From Paraspadella gotoi (taxonomy: Eukaryota > Animalia > Chaetognatha): 64,000 nt of DNA. This document shows positions 49,066 to 61,900 of this stretch, in pieces. The first letter of the stretch is position 1; each line of letters opens with the position of its first letter. The stretch lies in NCBI GenBank assembly GCA_051294375.1, contig JBJCIZ010001662.1, positions 23,272-87,271 on the forward strand, read 5' to 3'. Both the position numbers and the translations under genes were made by a program. Under the pieces are notes generated by a model, which was not told the origin of the DNA, searched no databases, and was given only the letters and a program-made list of their open reading frames with translations.

Positions 49066-52000
49066 TAATGTAAATAAGTAAGCAGTAACGTGATTAAAAT
49101 TTGAATCTACAAAAATGATAAATAACTACCTTGTTAAATAATAAACATTAAAATAAATAATAGTTTAATTTTTTTATATGGTAAATTATTAAGAAAAGAA
49201 GAAAGAGGCTCTCTCTCTCATATATAGGGAAAATTTAACACACAAATTACTGCACTGAAAAAAGGCTAACAATATCGCCGAAACAAGTGTTTTTTTATCG
49301 TCGAAATCGCTTCGCGTTTGCGACATATTGTAACGCTTTGCGCATAAGTGGCGTCGTTGCGTCGAGTCGCGTTCCAAATTATAAGTTCGCCTTTTTTATG
49401 ATTAAATTTGAGTGTATGAAACTGAAAAATTATATACAGCTTCTCATCATTCGATGTGCTTAAAAGTATCAGGACAGTTATTAAAATGTTTTGTTTACGT
49501 TTTTGATGAAACAAAACAAATTTCTCTCTTTTATTTTTATATTTCTTTTTCTCTCTCTCTCTTTTCTCTTTTAATTATATGAGAATTTTATTTCATATCA
49601 ATAATGTAGAGAAAACATCGTCTTTTTTCCTCGTGGCTCGATTTGATAAATTTGGTACCCGATCGACGTGGAATTACGTCTAGTATACTGAGATAAAATT
49701 TCATAAAAATCGTCCACGCGTTCAAAAGTTATGGGCAAAAAACAACGAAAAAATTAGCGCCTTCCGAGGGATCACTTTCGCCGCTCAACGACGAAAAAGT
49801 GGTTTAACATAAGATTTGAACTACGTAGTACTAATCCTTAGTACCGACGACTGACGGTAAAGCCGAAATCCTAGTTCCGGGCCAATTAGAAATTAACGGT
49901 AAATTTACGGGGCTGACTAGGAGAGAAAAGGTTGATATAGGAAACGAATTTCATATAGAGAATAAGGTGATATGATTACTGATAAAACTAAAACAAGTGA
50001 TTGGATGAAAATCTAATAACCAACATTGGGGTTAATTTTTAACTTTTAATTTACGAATCAATTTATTACTTATTAAAGGTATAAACTGACGGCGGCAACA
50101 AAAAAATCAACCGCGAAAAAGGGAGACTGACCTTACACCAAGTCATAACTTAAATTTAACCAAGGTCAGGTTACCTGACCTTTATAAACCTTGACCTTAC
50201 CTTCTAATATTGTTTAACATTTTACCTTTATTTTCTTACCATTTCGATCATTACTGGGTCTTATAAAAAAATCTCTCTTCTCACAAACGAATCTGACATG
50301 CGGATTCATTCCGCCATGACATCTCCCGACGTTGGCGCCGTCCAAGCTACTCGGGCTGCCGGCGGTCGCCCCGGTCGAGGCATCTCTTGGTCCTATCATC
50401 GACAGCATCTGGGAGCTCAGATCTCTTTCGCGCTAAGTGCCGTCCTTCTACTGCCTCTAGCTAGTCTGCCACCGCCGCCCGCGGTCGATCCGGCGCCTGA
50501 GAATCGGGAGTATCCAAACGCCAAAGAGGCGCCTGGATGGCTCTGACGAAGCAAGCTGGCGCTTGCAAAAGCTCGCAGAGGCGCCGCAAACCTCTTCGGC
50601 TGGAGTTACCTGCCGCCGATGCTTCTAAGACATGGTCGTTGACAAACGGAAATTAATTAGGCCAATAATTAATTAATTGACCCAGAATGTTTAGTTTTAG
50701 GTCTTTTCGTCACTAACCACGGACAAAAAATGCAATGACATGAGAAATATGCGCGATAACGATTGACTCGATTGATTAATTATTATTAATTAATTATTTG
50801 ATTAATTATACATCCTGCATTTAAATTTAATATAAAAAGGAAAAAGGAAGCATAATAAATTAGTGAAACAGGTTTTTGTTTTTTCCATTTCCTACGATTA
50901 AAGGAACCGATGTCAATCAAGAAGCNNNNNNNNNNNNNNNNNNNNNNNNNATGTAAATAAGTAAGCAGTAACGTGATTAAAATTTGAATCTACAAAAATG
51001 ATAAATAACTACCTTGTTAAATAATAAACATTAAAATAAATAATAGTTTATTTTTTTTATATGGTAAAATTATAAGAAGAAGAAAGAGCTCTCTCTCTCA
51101 TATATAGGGAAATTTAACACACCAAATTTGCACTGAAAAAGGCTAACAATATCGCCGAAACAAGTGTTTTTTATCGTCGAAATCGCTTCGCGTTTGCGAC
51201 GATATTGTAACGCTTTTGCGCATAAGTGGCGTCGTTGTCGTCGGCGTTCCAAATTATAGTTCGCCTTTTTTATGATTAAATTTGAGTGTATGAAACTGAA
51301 AAATTATATACAGCTTCTCATCATCGATGTGCTTAAAATTGATCAGGACAGTTATTAAATGTTTTGTTTACGTTTTATGAAAACAAACAAATTTCCTCTC
51401 TTTTATTTTTATATTTCTTTCTCTCTCTCTCTTTTCTCTTTTAATTATATGAGAATTTTATTTCATATCAATAATGTAGAGAAAACATCGTCTTTTTTCC
51501 TCGTGGCTCGATTTAGATAAATTTGGTACCGATCGACGTGGAATTACGTCTAGTATACTGAGATAAAATTTCATTAAAATCGGTCCACGCGTTCAAAAGT
51601 TATGGGCAAAAAACAACGAAAAAATAGCGCCTTCCGAGGGATCAACTTTCGCCGCTCAACGAGCGAAAAAGTGGTTAACATAAGATTTGAACTACGTAGT
51701 ACTAATCCTTAGTCCGACCGAATCGACGGTAAAGCCGAAATCCTAGTTCCGGGCCAATTAGAAATTAACGGTAAATTACGGGGCTGACTACGGAGAGAAA
51801 AGGTTGATATAGGAAACGAATTTGTTCTCAATATAGGGTCCACCCTCTGTAGATTGTTTTAAATGATTTGATAGTGAAGAGACAGTATTATTGTTGTGTA
51901 GTGACAGAAACCGGTTCAATATAAGTTTTGATTGAATCGTCTAAGTGGAATGGAAAAAACAAAAAAACCTGTTTCACTAATTTATTATGCTTCCTTTTTC

Positions 52001-54640
52001 CTTTTATATTAAATTTAAAATGCAGGATGTATTAATTAATCAAATAATTAATTAATAATAAATTAATCAATCAAGTCAATCGTTATCGGCATTATTCTCA
52101 TCGTCATTGCTTTTGTCGTGGTTAGTGACGGAAAAGACTAAAAACAAACACTTGGGATCAATTAATTAATTAATTGCCTAAATTAATTTCCGTTTGTCAA
52201 ACCATGTCTTAGAAGCCATCGGCGGCAGGTAATCCAGCCGGAGAGGTTTGCGGCGCCTCTGCGAGCTTTGGCAAGCGCCAGTGCTTCGTCAGAGCCATCC
52301 AGGCGCCTCTTTGGCGTTGTAACTCCCGAGTTCTCAGGCGCCGGATTTCACCGCGGGGCGGTGGCAGACTAAGCTAGAGCAGTAGAAGGACGGCACTTAG
52401 CGCGAAAGAGATCTGAGCTCCAGATGCTGTCGATGATAGGACCAAGGATGCCTCGACGGGCGACGCCGGCAGCCCGAGTAGCTTGGAACGGCGCCAACGT
52501 CGGGAGATGTCATGGCGGAATGAATCCGATGTTCAATTCGTTTGGAGAAGAGAGATTTTTTTTATAAGACCAGTATGATCGAAATGGTAAGAAAATAAAG
52601 GTAAATGTTAAACAATATTAAGAAGGTAAGGTCAGTTTAAAAGGTCAGTAACCTGACCTTGGTTAAATTTAAGTTATGACTTGGTAAGGTCAGTCTCCTT
52701 TTCGCGGTTGTTATTTTGTTGCCGCCGCAGTTTATACCTTTAATAAGTAATAAATTGATTCGATAAATTAAAAGTAAAAATTAACCCCAATTGGTTATTA
52801 GATTTTCATCCAATCACTTTTTAGTTTTATCAGTAATCATATCACCTTATTCTCTTATGAAANNNNNNNNNNNNNNNNNNNNNNNNNGAACAATTGATAC
52901 CACAGTAATTAGAAGATGAGCGGTCGGCAGTGGCAAAAAGTTTTTTTAGGATTTTTTACCTTTTATATTCAAATAAAAAAGAATTAAATTGTTTAAGCAA
53001 CCTACAAAGGCGTGGATGTTTCAGAACATTGTCGTTTTTATCTGCGCGCATTATATGCAATACGATTATAATATCAACTCAATATTTTCGCGCGCAGCAA
53101 ATGGCCGTTACTGGAATATGACAGGATCGCTCTCGTCTCCTGGCTCATAATCTGAATTCATCACAATCCAAATGAAACCTATTTTAATTTTTTTTTTTGT
53201 AATTAGAATGACTAGTAACCTAACTAGTTTTAAAATGGTAAATACTATATATTTTCTTACCCTTTTTGGTGCTTCATGTAGCATTGAAGAATCTTATCAT
53301 GATAAATAATTATCTAACTAATCCGTTTATAAATTATTAAAATATTAAAATTAAATCAGAACATTAACCTTCCACCAGAATGCTTACCTTGTCTCATCTC
53401 CTTTTTATTTTAACCAAGACAAATACCACTGTTATTCTCGTGCCAAAGCATCATTGATATATAGTGTGCATTAATATAAACAATAAGATCTTTACAATAG
53501 TATTCAAACATTTTTCTTCCTGGATCTAAGTCCCACCGCGCAGGAAGAAACCGAGGTTTTGCTGCATCAAGAAAATATGTGAAATACTAAGAATTCAAAA
53601 CAAAATCGTCTAAAATAAAGAGAGAATGTGAAAAATAGTCCTGTTCTTTCTCTCTAAAGACTCTTCAGTCATTTTAGAATATACACTAGTTTAACACTGA
53701 CCATTGTGATTATTTTGCTTCTGTGAGAGCTCGCGATACATTTTTAGTTTCTCTCAGAGCTCACAAACGTTTACCCGTTTCGGAACAACCGTTTTTAAAA
53801 GTTTCCGTAGAATTTTGACTAATAAAGTTCACATAAAATAAGAAACGTCTTTTCTATTCGGGCCCATGTTAAACAGTCGAACGGGCGAATTTCGAATGTT
53901 TGCCTCTCAGCGAGAGTGAGACCACACAATAAAATAATCTCCAGAATACTAAAAGAATATTTATTCAGATTTTAAAATTTTTAATTTTGTCTCAATATAG
54001 GGTTCCACCCCGTTAGATTGTTTTAAATATATTGATATGAAGAGACAGTAATTATTGTTGTGATAAGTGACAGAACCGGTTCAATATAAGTTTTGATTGT
54101 GAATCTCTAGTGAGAATGGAAAAAACAAAAAAACCTGTTTCACTAATTTATTATGCTTCTTTTTCCTTCTTATATTAAATTTAAATGCAGGATGTACATT
54201 AATTAATCAAATAATTAATTAATAATAATTAATATCAATTCAAGTCAATCGTGTATCGGCATTATTCTCATCGTCATTGCTTTTGTCGTGGTTAGTGGAC
54301 GAAAAGACCTAAAACAAACATTTGGGATCAAATTAATTAATTAATTGCCTAAATTAATTTCCGTTTGTCAAACCATGTCTTAGAAGCCATCGGCGGCAGG
54401 TAATCCAGCCGGAGAGTTTGCGGCGCCTCTGCGGAGCTTTGGCAAGCGCCAGTTGCTTCGTCAGAGCCATCCAGGCGCCTCTTTTGGCGTTGTAACTCCC
54501 GAGTTCTCAGGCGCCGGATCTTGACCGCGGTGGCGGGTGGCAGACTAGCTAGAGGCAGTAGAAGGACGGCACTTAGCGCGAAAGAGATCTGAGCTCCCAG
54601 ATGCTGTCGATGATAGACCAAGAGATGCCTCGACCGGGAG
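49066..54640. repeat. Cluster of direct and inverted near-duplicates around N gaps
   Basis: 49066-49950 matches 50951-51822; 49950-50890 is inverted at 51950-52862; 51820-52480 matches 53985-54640. Confidence 0.8.
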
Positions 54641-55289
54641 GCGAGACAGGGCAGAACGTTAGGTTCTGTCTCGATATAGGGTCTCATCCCTGTACATGAC
54701 CAGTTCCTAATAGAGTGCAGTACAAGCATTTATCTTCCAAATGAATCATCCCGCTTATTTTATCTGTGAATCATTTGTCTCGCCATGGTCATGGAAGCTA
54801 AAGTCAAGACATTGCAACCTTCACTCAAGACCGTCAGGTACCTGGATTTTATTTCTTCTACTATTAAATCGATTTTAAATGAAACTTTTTGAATAAAAAT
54901 AAAAAACTTAAAAAATGATCATCATTGGCGGTATTTTAGTTTTAAAATTATTTATTAATAAACTAACAATTTTTAAAAGTTATAATAATAACCTTCTTTG
55001 CTTCCTACTTTTTACATTCGCCGCGAAACCGGATATATTTTTCGCACTGTCTTAGTGCAGGCCGACTTTATCGGAACTCTTGCTACCGTAAAATTTTTTG
55101 AGAAAAACACTACTTGGAAAATGTTTGAAAAGTAATATTTCATATCAAAAACCTATATGACTCCATTATGACAATAATATAAATCCAATACATGATGTCA
55201 GAGAAATAACTTAGGACTAGCCTTTCGTTCTATATTAGCTAATGATATTCGTCTTGGGAAAGTGCGGTATGTGGCCTGCAGGCCGGCGG

Positions 55290-55658
55290 GCGAGAATAGA
55301 GTGAGCCCGACGCAACTATCAGAGTCGATAGCATCGCTCCATAAAGTCACCCCTCACGAAAGGTGGGTCTGGGTCGACGTAACCGCACCCAGAGTTTATA
55401 ATATGCACTTATTAATAGCTGGGAGAAGACTGAGAGCATTGCGGCGTCCCAGGAAGAGGCCGATGGCTGTGGTGAATAATCATGAACACTCAACGATGAG
55501 TAAACGGAGGGGAGGCGTCCGAAAAAAAGGTTATATCGTATGTATTCGACGTCGAGTGATCTCCGGCGCCGAAAAGCGCATCGTTGAGCGAGATGAATTC
55601 GGCGCCGTCGTGGTTGGAGGCGCGACGAGACAAGAGACACTCGTCGCAGAGGCAAATT
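55290..55658 (-). CDS. EMC4: Remainder of EMC4 (exon 2), heavily frameshifted and inverted relative to exon 1
   Basis: After the acceptor ttttag, successive frames give LP.., G-N-S-I-S-L-like, GLFLG..NALSLL, AINKC..TLG, THLS and FMERCYRL. These follow the order of EMC4 IPMN..[49 protein letters not shown]. The length fits about 104 codons plus insertion errors. Confidence 0.55.
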
Positions 55659-56299
55659 CTAAAATTATATAGGAAGAGTGACACATATAATCATATAGTC
55701 ACAAGTTATTTAATTTATGGGGGGAACATTAGAAATATTTTGGTCCTAACCGTGTCGTTCGCGATGACATAATACTCGGAAAAAATGGTACCAATTCCTC
55801 AATGGATGAATATTTGTAAATTTTCTTTCTCATTCTATGCAAAGTATCTCTTTTGGGATCTCTATTTATATTTTTTAATACTTCATATGAATTAAGTTTT
55901 AACACCGAATTCTTTGTATTAATTTGTTCTTTTTTTTTGTCTCTCTATATTTGACTGTGTGTGAAACATAGTATAAGTATAATTAATTAATATTGAAACA
56001 TTAATATTCAGAAAGTCTGAAATAGAAAACTTATAATGCAAAAAAAAACGTAGCAGTAGCTTACTTCGCAACAATGATATACTTATGAATTATATTTATT
56101 CAAAAAAATTTAAAGTATTAGCGTAAAAGATTTTTTTGGTGTTCTATCTATCGCGAAACAGGATATGTGTATATAACGGGTAGGACGAACTAAGTATTGA
56201 TTTTACATATATAGATATGTTAGATTGATTGGTGTCTAAATCATTATTCGCTATCATATTTAGTATTAATGTAAGAACTAACAAAAAGTTGGAAATGTT

Positions 56300-58900
56300 T
56301 TCAGTCAACGATTTTTATTAAGTGACTAATTTCAAATACGAGGAACATGTTTCGTACTCGGAGCTCATTTTAGAGACTTTCATCCAAAGTCAGATAATGA
56401 TTTCGCAGACAAAGATTTAGTATGATAAAAAGATGGAGAGAGAGAAAGGAGAAGAGAGAGAGAGAGAATGTGAGAGAATGAGAGGAGAGAGAGTAGAGAA
56501 GAGGAATGCGAGGGGCGCTCTATATTGATTATGTTATATTTACCAACAACACGTAGATAGTTTGTTAAAGAATGAGTACAGTTTGGAAGTGAGGGAACAG
56601 ATCAGTATTATGAGAAAAAGAAGTGAAAATTGGTCAAAACTTTGGTGAAAGCAAAAGAAAAAGACGGAAAAAAAAAAAAAAGAAAGAGAGACATGAACGG
56701 TAGAGAGGGAGAGAGATGATGAGGAGGAGAAAAAGCAGGAGCAGGAGACAAAATAATACATTAATGGTAATTCGTTTTGAGCCCACAAATGAGATAAATT
56801 TAACAACTAATCGGTGAATTAAACAATTGATTAGCTAAGTAATAAAAGTAGGATACGTAATGAAAGGAGAAGAAAGTTTATAAATGTGAAGAGAAATGAT
56901 ACAATTTTTGACGAGGGGAATGAGAAATAAGTGAATGTTAGAAGGGTTGAGAAAAACTTAAAAGTCTAACGATAGAGCTCAAAATGAGCTCATAAGCTCG
57001 CCAACGGTTCATGGATCCTCTATATATAACCATGTGTACGCCAACGTCTTAAGGCTGATTGCGCGTCAGATACCTCCGACTCAGGCCGCCGAATGTCGTG
57101 TATGAGACATATAGTCAAAAGAGCCTTTAGGCGATTCTAATGCTACCCATAGTGGGCCTTTCGAAAAGAAAGGTCTCAAGGTATCTATTGGCTGCAGTAC
57201 CCTGTGGCCGAGAGGCATGGCGACCAATGGAAGGCTGTACACGAAGTAGCCGAGCTAAGCAACCTTACACCCTTCTCTCACCCACAGGAGTAGGAAGGGA
57301 GCTTGCTGCTTGAAGAGCCGACCGCGCCACCACAGCGCACGCCGGAAAGATAAGCCAAGAAGCGACCAGGAAACGTGGGGCCACTTGTCCCTCCCCTACC
57401 AACCAGGGGATCATTGAGTCATTGGTGCGGGTGCTAGCAAAGATGGGGTCTCCACCTCAGTGACGGCCCGCGGCCTCCCTACGTGAGCAATGGTGAAAAC
57501 CGAAAGATAAAATTCCCCAGACCGAAAATATCAGGAGCCGTCTACTGGGCGCCCTGTGCAGGGGCGGGCAACCAACTCTGCGCACAGGGCAGCATAATCG
57601 TGGGCGAGACAGGCGTCCCTCACAGACCGGTTTCCGAACAACACACAGAAACCTATCATAGATACCCCGTGGACACTTCATTCCTGTCGCAATCCGCTGA
57701 GACAAAGCGAATACTGGCCATGCATGTAGAGAGTCAGACTGTCTCGTGCTGTCCATGACCAAACTGGTTACAGAGGTATTAGAAGCTATTTCATCAAAGC
57801 CCATCGAACGCTTCTTTGAATCGTAGATGGAGGACGATTCGACCTCCTCCCAAGCTATGATTTCGCGCTATCAAAACGTGGTGGAGGCCCCGCCACCACC
57901 ACGACCGCACAATGATTCCCCTGTCTCCACTCCAACGAGACAGGCCGGAGGACCCTTGCGCAGGCAAATGGCCAAACGATGCCTCTCCCTTGATTGTAAG
58001 GCAACTCATTCCCTCTCGTCTGGGGAATAGCGCCGCCCAAACGACGGCTAACAGGAGGAGGGAGAGGAGTCCACCACTCCTTTTGCAAAAGCGGCAAGAA
58101 CGGACAACCGCCCGCCTCGCCAGGCAGGCGAGAAGGGGGCAGTCGGCAGCGTACCATGCAGAGAGACATTCGAGTCGCACTTGTCTCTTCCGCAAGGAAG
58201 CCTTACCTAATGCAAGGCAATGGGAACTCAACAGAATTGTCATCTCAACCAATGACGCGTCAATGAACCCGGCTTCATCGTTAAAGCCTTTCATTTGCAA
58301 TAAACCAAGGGGGGTCCAAGCTTCATTTTGAGCTATATCTAATTCTTAATTTTTTCAACTTTAAACATACACTTAAATCTATCCCTCACAAAATGTAAAT
58401 CATTTCAACATTTAAAAACTTCTTTTCCTTTCATTACTATCGTTATTTTATTACTGAGAATAATGTTAATTCACAATTAGTTTAAATTTTATTTTTGTTG
58501 TACATTACATAATGTATTATTTTTGTCTCTCCCTGTTTTTCTCTCTCTCTCCTCCCTCTCCTCAATCTCCCTTCTCTCCTTCGTCTCTCTCTCTCTCTCT
58601 TTTCAACCATTGACCATATTCACTTCTTTTTCCAATTAACTGATCTGTCTCAACTCCACTGGTACTCATTCTTTTTAGACAACTATCTCTGTGATGGAAA
58701 ACTTCTTTTGGCCCTCTCTCTTCTCCTCTCTCTCTTGTCTCCTCACTCTCAACTCTCTCTCTCTCTCTCCTCTCTCTCTCCCTTCTTTTTAACACAAATT
58801 TGTTAATGGCATCTTATGCTGATGAAAGGCTCGAAAATGAAGATCGAAACATGTCTGTATACTAATAAAAAATCGTTGCGAAAAACATTTCCAAACTTTG
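56300..58900 (+). mobile_element. Penelope-like element: GIY-YIG remnant(s) between inverted terminal repeats
   Basis: SGAVYWAPC...C...VGETG...EH-like, LAMH, EVLEAI and LNRDGG-like motifs at about 57520-57840. About 56300-56990 is the reverse complement of about 58320-58900. A hammerhead core lies in the repeat. Confidence 0.75.
58815..58860 (+). ncRNA. Minimal hammerhead ribozyme motif
   Basis: tatg-CTGATGA-aaggctcgaaaatgaagatc-GAAAC-atGTC-tgta. A degenerate mirror copy lies at about 56344-56385. Confidence 0.55.
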
Positions 58901-58904
58901 TTGA

Positions 58905-61900
58905 TATTAGATTTAAATCGTTTAAAGAATTGTTAAAAAAAACCTGTTTTTTGTACCCAAACAAAGGTTCTTGTAAGAGTATAAATACAAATGAGCATGT
59001 GGACAAACAACAACCACCCAAACTTTAAATGGTGACTTAAAACTCATTCTCTCTATTCTCCACTCCCACTTTTCCTTTTTTTTTTTTGTGGATGAGCTTA
59101 TTTAACCAATACCCAGGTTGCCTCCCTTGCAAGTTCAGTGGGACGAGGCGCTCAACTCGCTTTTAGCATGGTGGTACAAGCCTGATACGAAGCTTCAGGG
59201 ACTGCTTTATGTACGGAATTATTACATACAATTATTGTCTCTTCAATCATTCATTTTAAACATTATCATGTATAAGAATTTGAAACAGAAATAAATTTTA
59301 AAATGACTTCAAATCAACCACCGTTTTGAAACGGCACAAGTCCTCAGAATAGTCAAAAAGAACCCCCTCCAGACCTAGCAGAGAGGAAGAAGCCGTCGGG
59401 AGAGAATGGTGCTGAAGACAGGGGACCAGACGACGTAATGTTTACTTGTTACTTGGCGCTTGTTGATATTATTGGTACCCTTAAAAACACAAATAATAAA
59501 TACATACTAATTAATAAAAGTAATAATCAAAGTAATAATCACTTTTAAGCATCTCTGGATGACCGAAGCTCTCGCTGGGGTGAAGTTCCTCAAATATTCT
59601 GGGGGCGTTTTAGGAGGACGGACCGGCGGGTAATAACAGTAAACGGAAGACGGGGCAAGCAACGGAATGTCACAAAAGCTCCAATGATTGTGTAAATGTA
59701 ATCAAAAGAACCAAAGAAGCAAAAAAGAAATAAAATAAAACAAAATGAGGCACAAATCATAAGTAAGGCAATTTACTAAATTAAACCGTAAAAGTAAGAA
59801 AACCAAATATAAAAAGTTCATAAATATGAGTCTATGAATCGCAGATGAACGAGACGAGCGATCCTGAAAGTAGAACGTCAATTAACGCGTAAACGTGCTC
59901 GAAGGCAGCGTCAAGTCCACAAAACAATTTTCAAATAATATTAAAAACGCTGAATAGGCTACTCGAGAAAAATATTTTTTGTCAATTCTTTTTATCTTTA
60001 AAAAAATGTATTTATATATTTTTTAGATTGCAAAATTTTTAATTGTTTAAAAATAATATAAACAGTGAAAACAAAATACGGACATGTTTTGGACCCTGCC
60101 TTCTTCAGCAGAGGCCAAATGGGTCCGATTTTTGTTGTTTTTTTTTTAAACCAATTATTTTAAACAATAAAAAACTTAGTATCTAATACTTACCAACTAC
60201 AACCAAAAGAAAGAAAATTACATTATTTTTTTATAATTTATTAATATTAAAATATTTTTAAATTTTAAATAAATAATATACTTAAGCTACTCTTAATTTT
60301 CTAACCCTCCTTACCTCATTTACCCCTAACCCTAATTTACCCCCAACATTTTTTGAACTCCTAACTACCTTTCTATTGATTAATTTATTCTGAACCTTAA
60401 TTTTACCCATATAATAATAATTATAAAACAAAAATCATATATTTAAAAAATAGGCAAAATTTATTTTCGACACCAGGGTTTTGGCGTATTTTTAAAAACA
60501 TAAACTGAAAATTTTCTTTTCGTTGTGTATCGAATTTCATATTATAAATAATTTATAAAATGGAAAGTCATAGACTTCTTGAATTAATATTTGTTCATCA
60601 GTTTTTGTAACAATTACTTTGACGTCCAATCCACAGTGGAGGAACGGATTTTGTAGTGAAAGAATTCGACTACCCAAATAAAATGAACAGAGTTTATTTC
60701 AGTATACATCGAAAGGGAAAATCGATAATAATAATGAGCGCGAGAATATACAATGACTTTTATAATGACTACTTTGTTTTATCAAAGTAGGAATGTAACG
60801 AGAATGGAATTCTTTAGGCCGAGAGAAATATTAATTTACATTTTTGTAATTGACTAAATTCTTACTCCCCAAATCTTCACTCGGCCATGTTAACCTATCC
60901 AATTAAATAATATTCTAAAAATGATACCTATAAAAATTTAGCCAAATTAACACTATAAAATTCACAAGGATCTACTTTAAATGTATCAGTCAATGGAACG
61001 CGAATATATAGGGAATTAATTCAGTTCATTTCCCTTTCTTTCGTTTTCATAGCTATTTTCAATCTAATCAAAAAAATGTTTTCAGAACTTTTCTTTTTTG
61101 CGTAAAGTCGATGCTCTTATTCTTAAAATTTCACGTTATCAAACTTTTTGTAAAAACAAAAGATATATGAAAAATGCATTATGCCAGAAGAAAATAGATA
61201 TTGAATGCAAACAAATTCAAAATATAAAATCGTAACGACGAATTCAATTATTAGAAATAAATTTTTCTAAAAGCAAAAACAATTGAATTTCGAAGATGGC
61301 AATAATTTTTAAAACAATAATTCAAAACGGAAATATAAATAACACAATTTTTTATGGAAAAAAAAAAAAACGAAAAAAACTCTTACATTTATCGCGAAAT
61401 AAAGTTTACTGTCACATTGATTATTGATCGTTTCTGATTAATATGGTTCACATGCAAATTTATTCTTTTTGTTCAGTTTCAATTACATAATTCTGCTTAC
61501 AAAACAGCGATCCCCTTTTCCACCCTAAAAGAAGACGTGTCGCCATTAAGACTCTCGCAGGCGTGAGTCGGTGCTTTTCTCTTCACCGTGAATCAAGAAC
61601 CGTGAACTCAAAATTTTTGATTAATAACGACATACATGTAAAATCAAAAATTAATTTATTATGATTAATATCACAGTATAATTAATTGCATAGTTTCGAC
61701 ATTAACCCTTAAAGAAGGATCCTGAACGATTCTATACAAACTTAGATTAAATCGGTTTAAGAATGATGTTAAACTGTTTTGTACCCAAACAGGTTCGTAA
61801 GAGTATAAATAAATAAAGCATGTGGACAAACAACAACACAACCAAACTTAATGTGACCTTAAAACTCATTCTCTCATTCTCACTCCCACACTTTTCTTTT

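Noticed and set aside
54700-54840. Possible exon ending ag|gtacc (AMVMEAKVKTLQPSLKTV)
   Set aside because: No recognisable homology, noisy sequence and no clear acceptor.
55262-55772. Plus-strand ORFs as the next SLC30A9 exon (PHE, QRQILKLYR), or the minus strand as ZnT9 TM2-3
   Set aside because: The matches are short and not well spaced; the minus-strand EMC4 match is colinear over the whole block.
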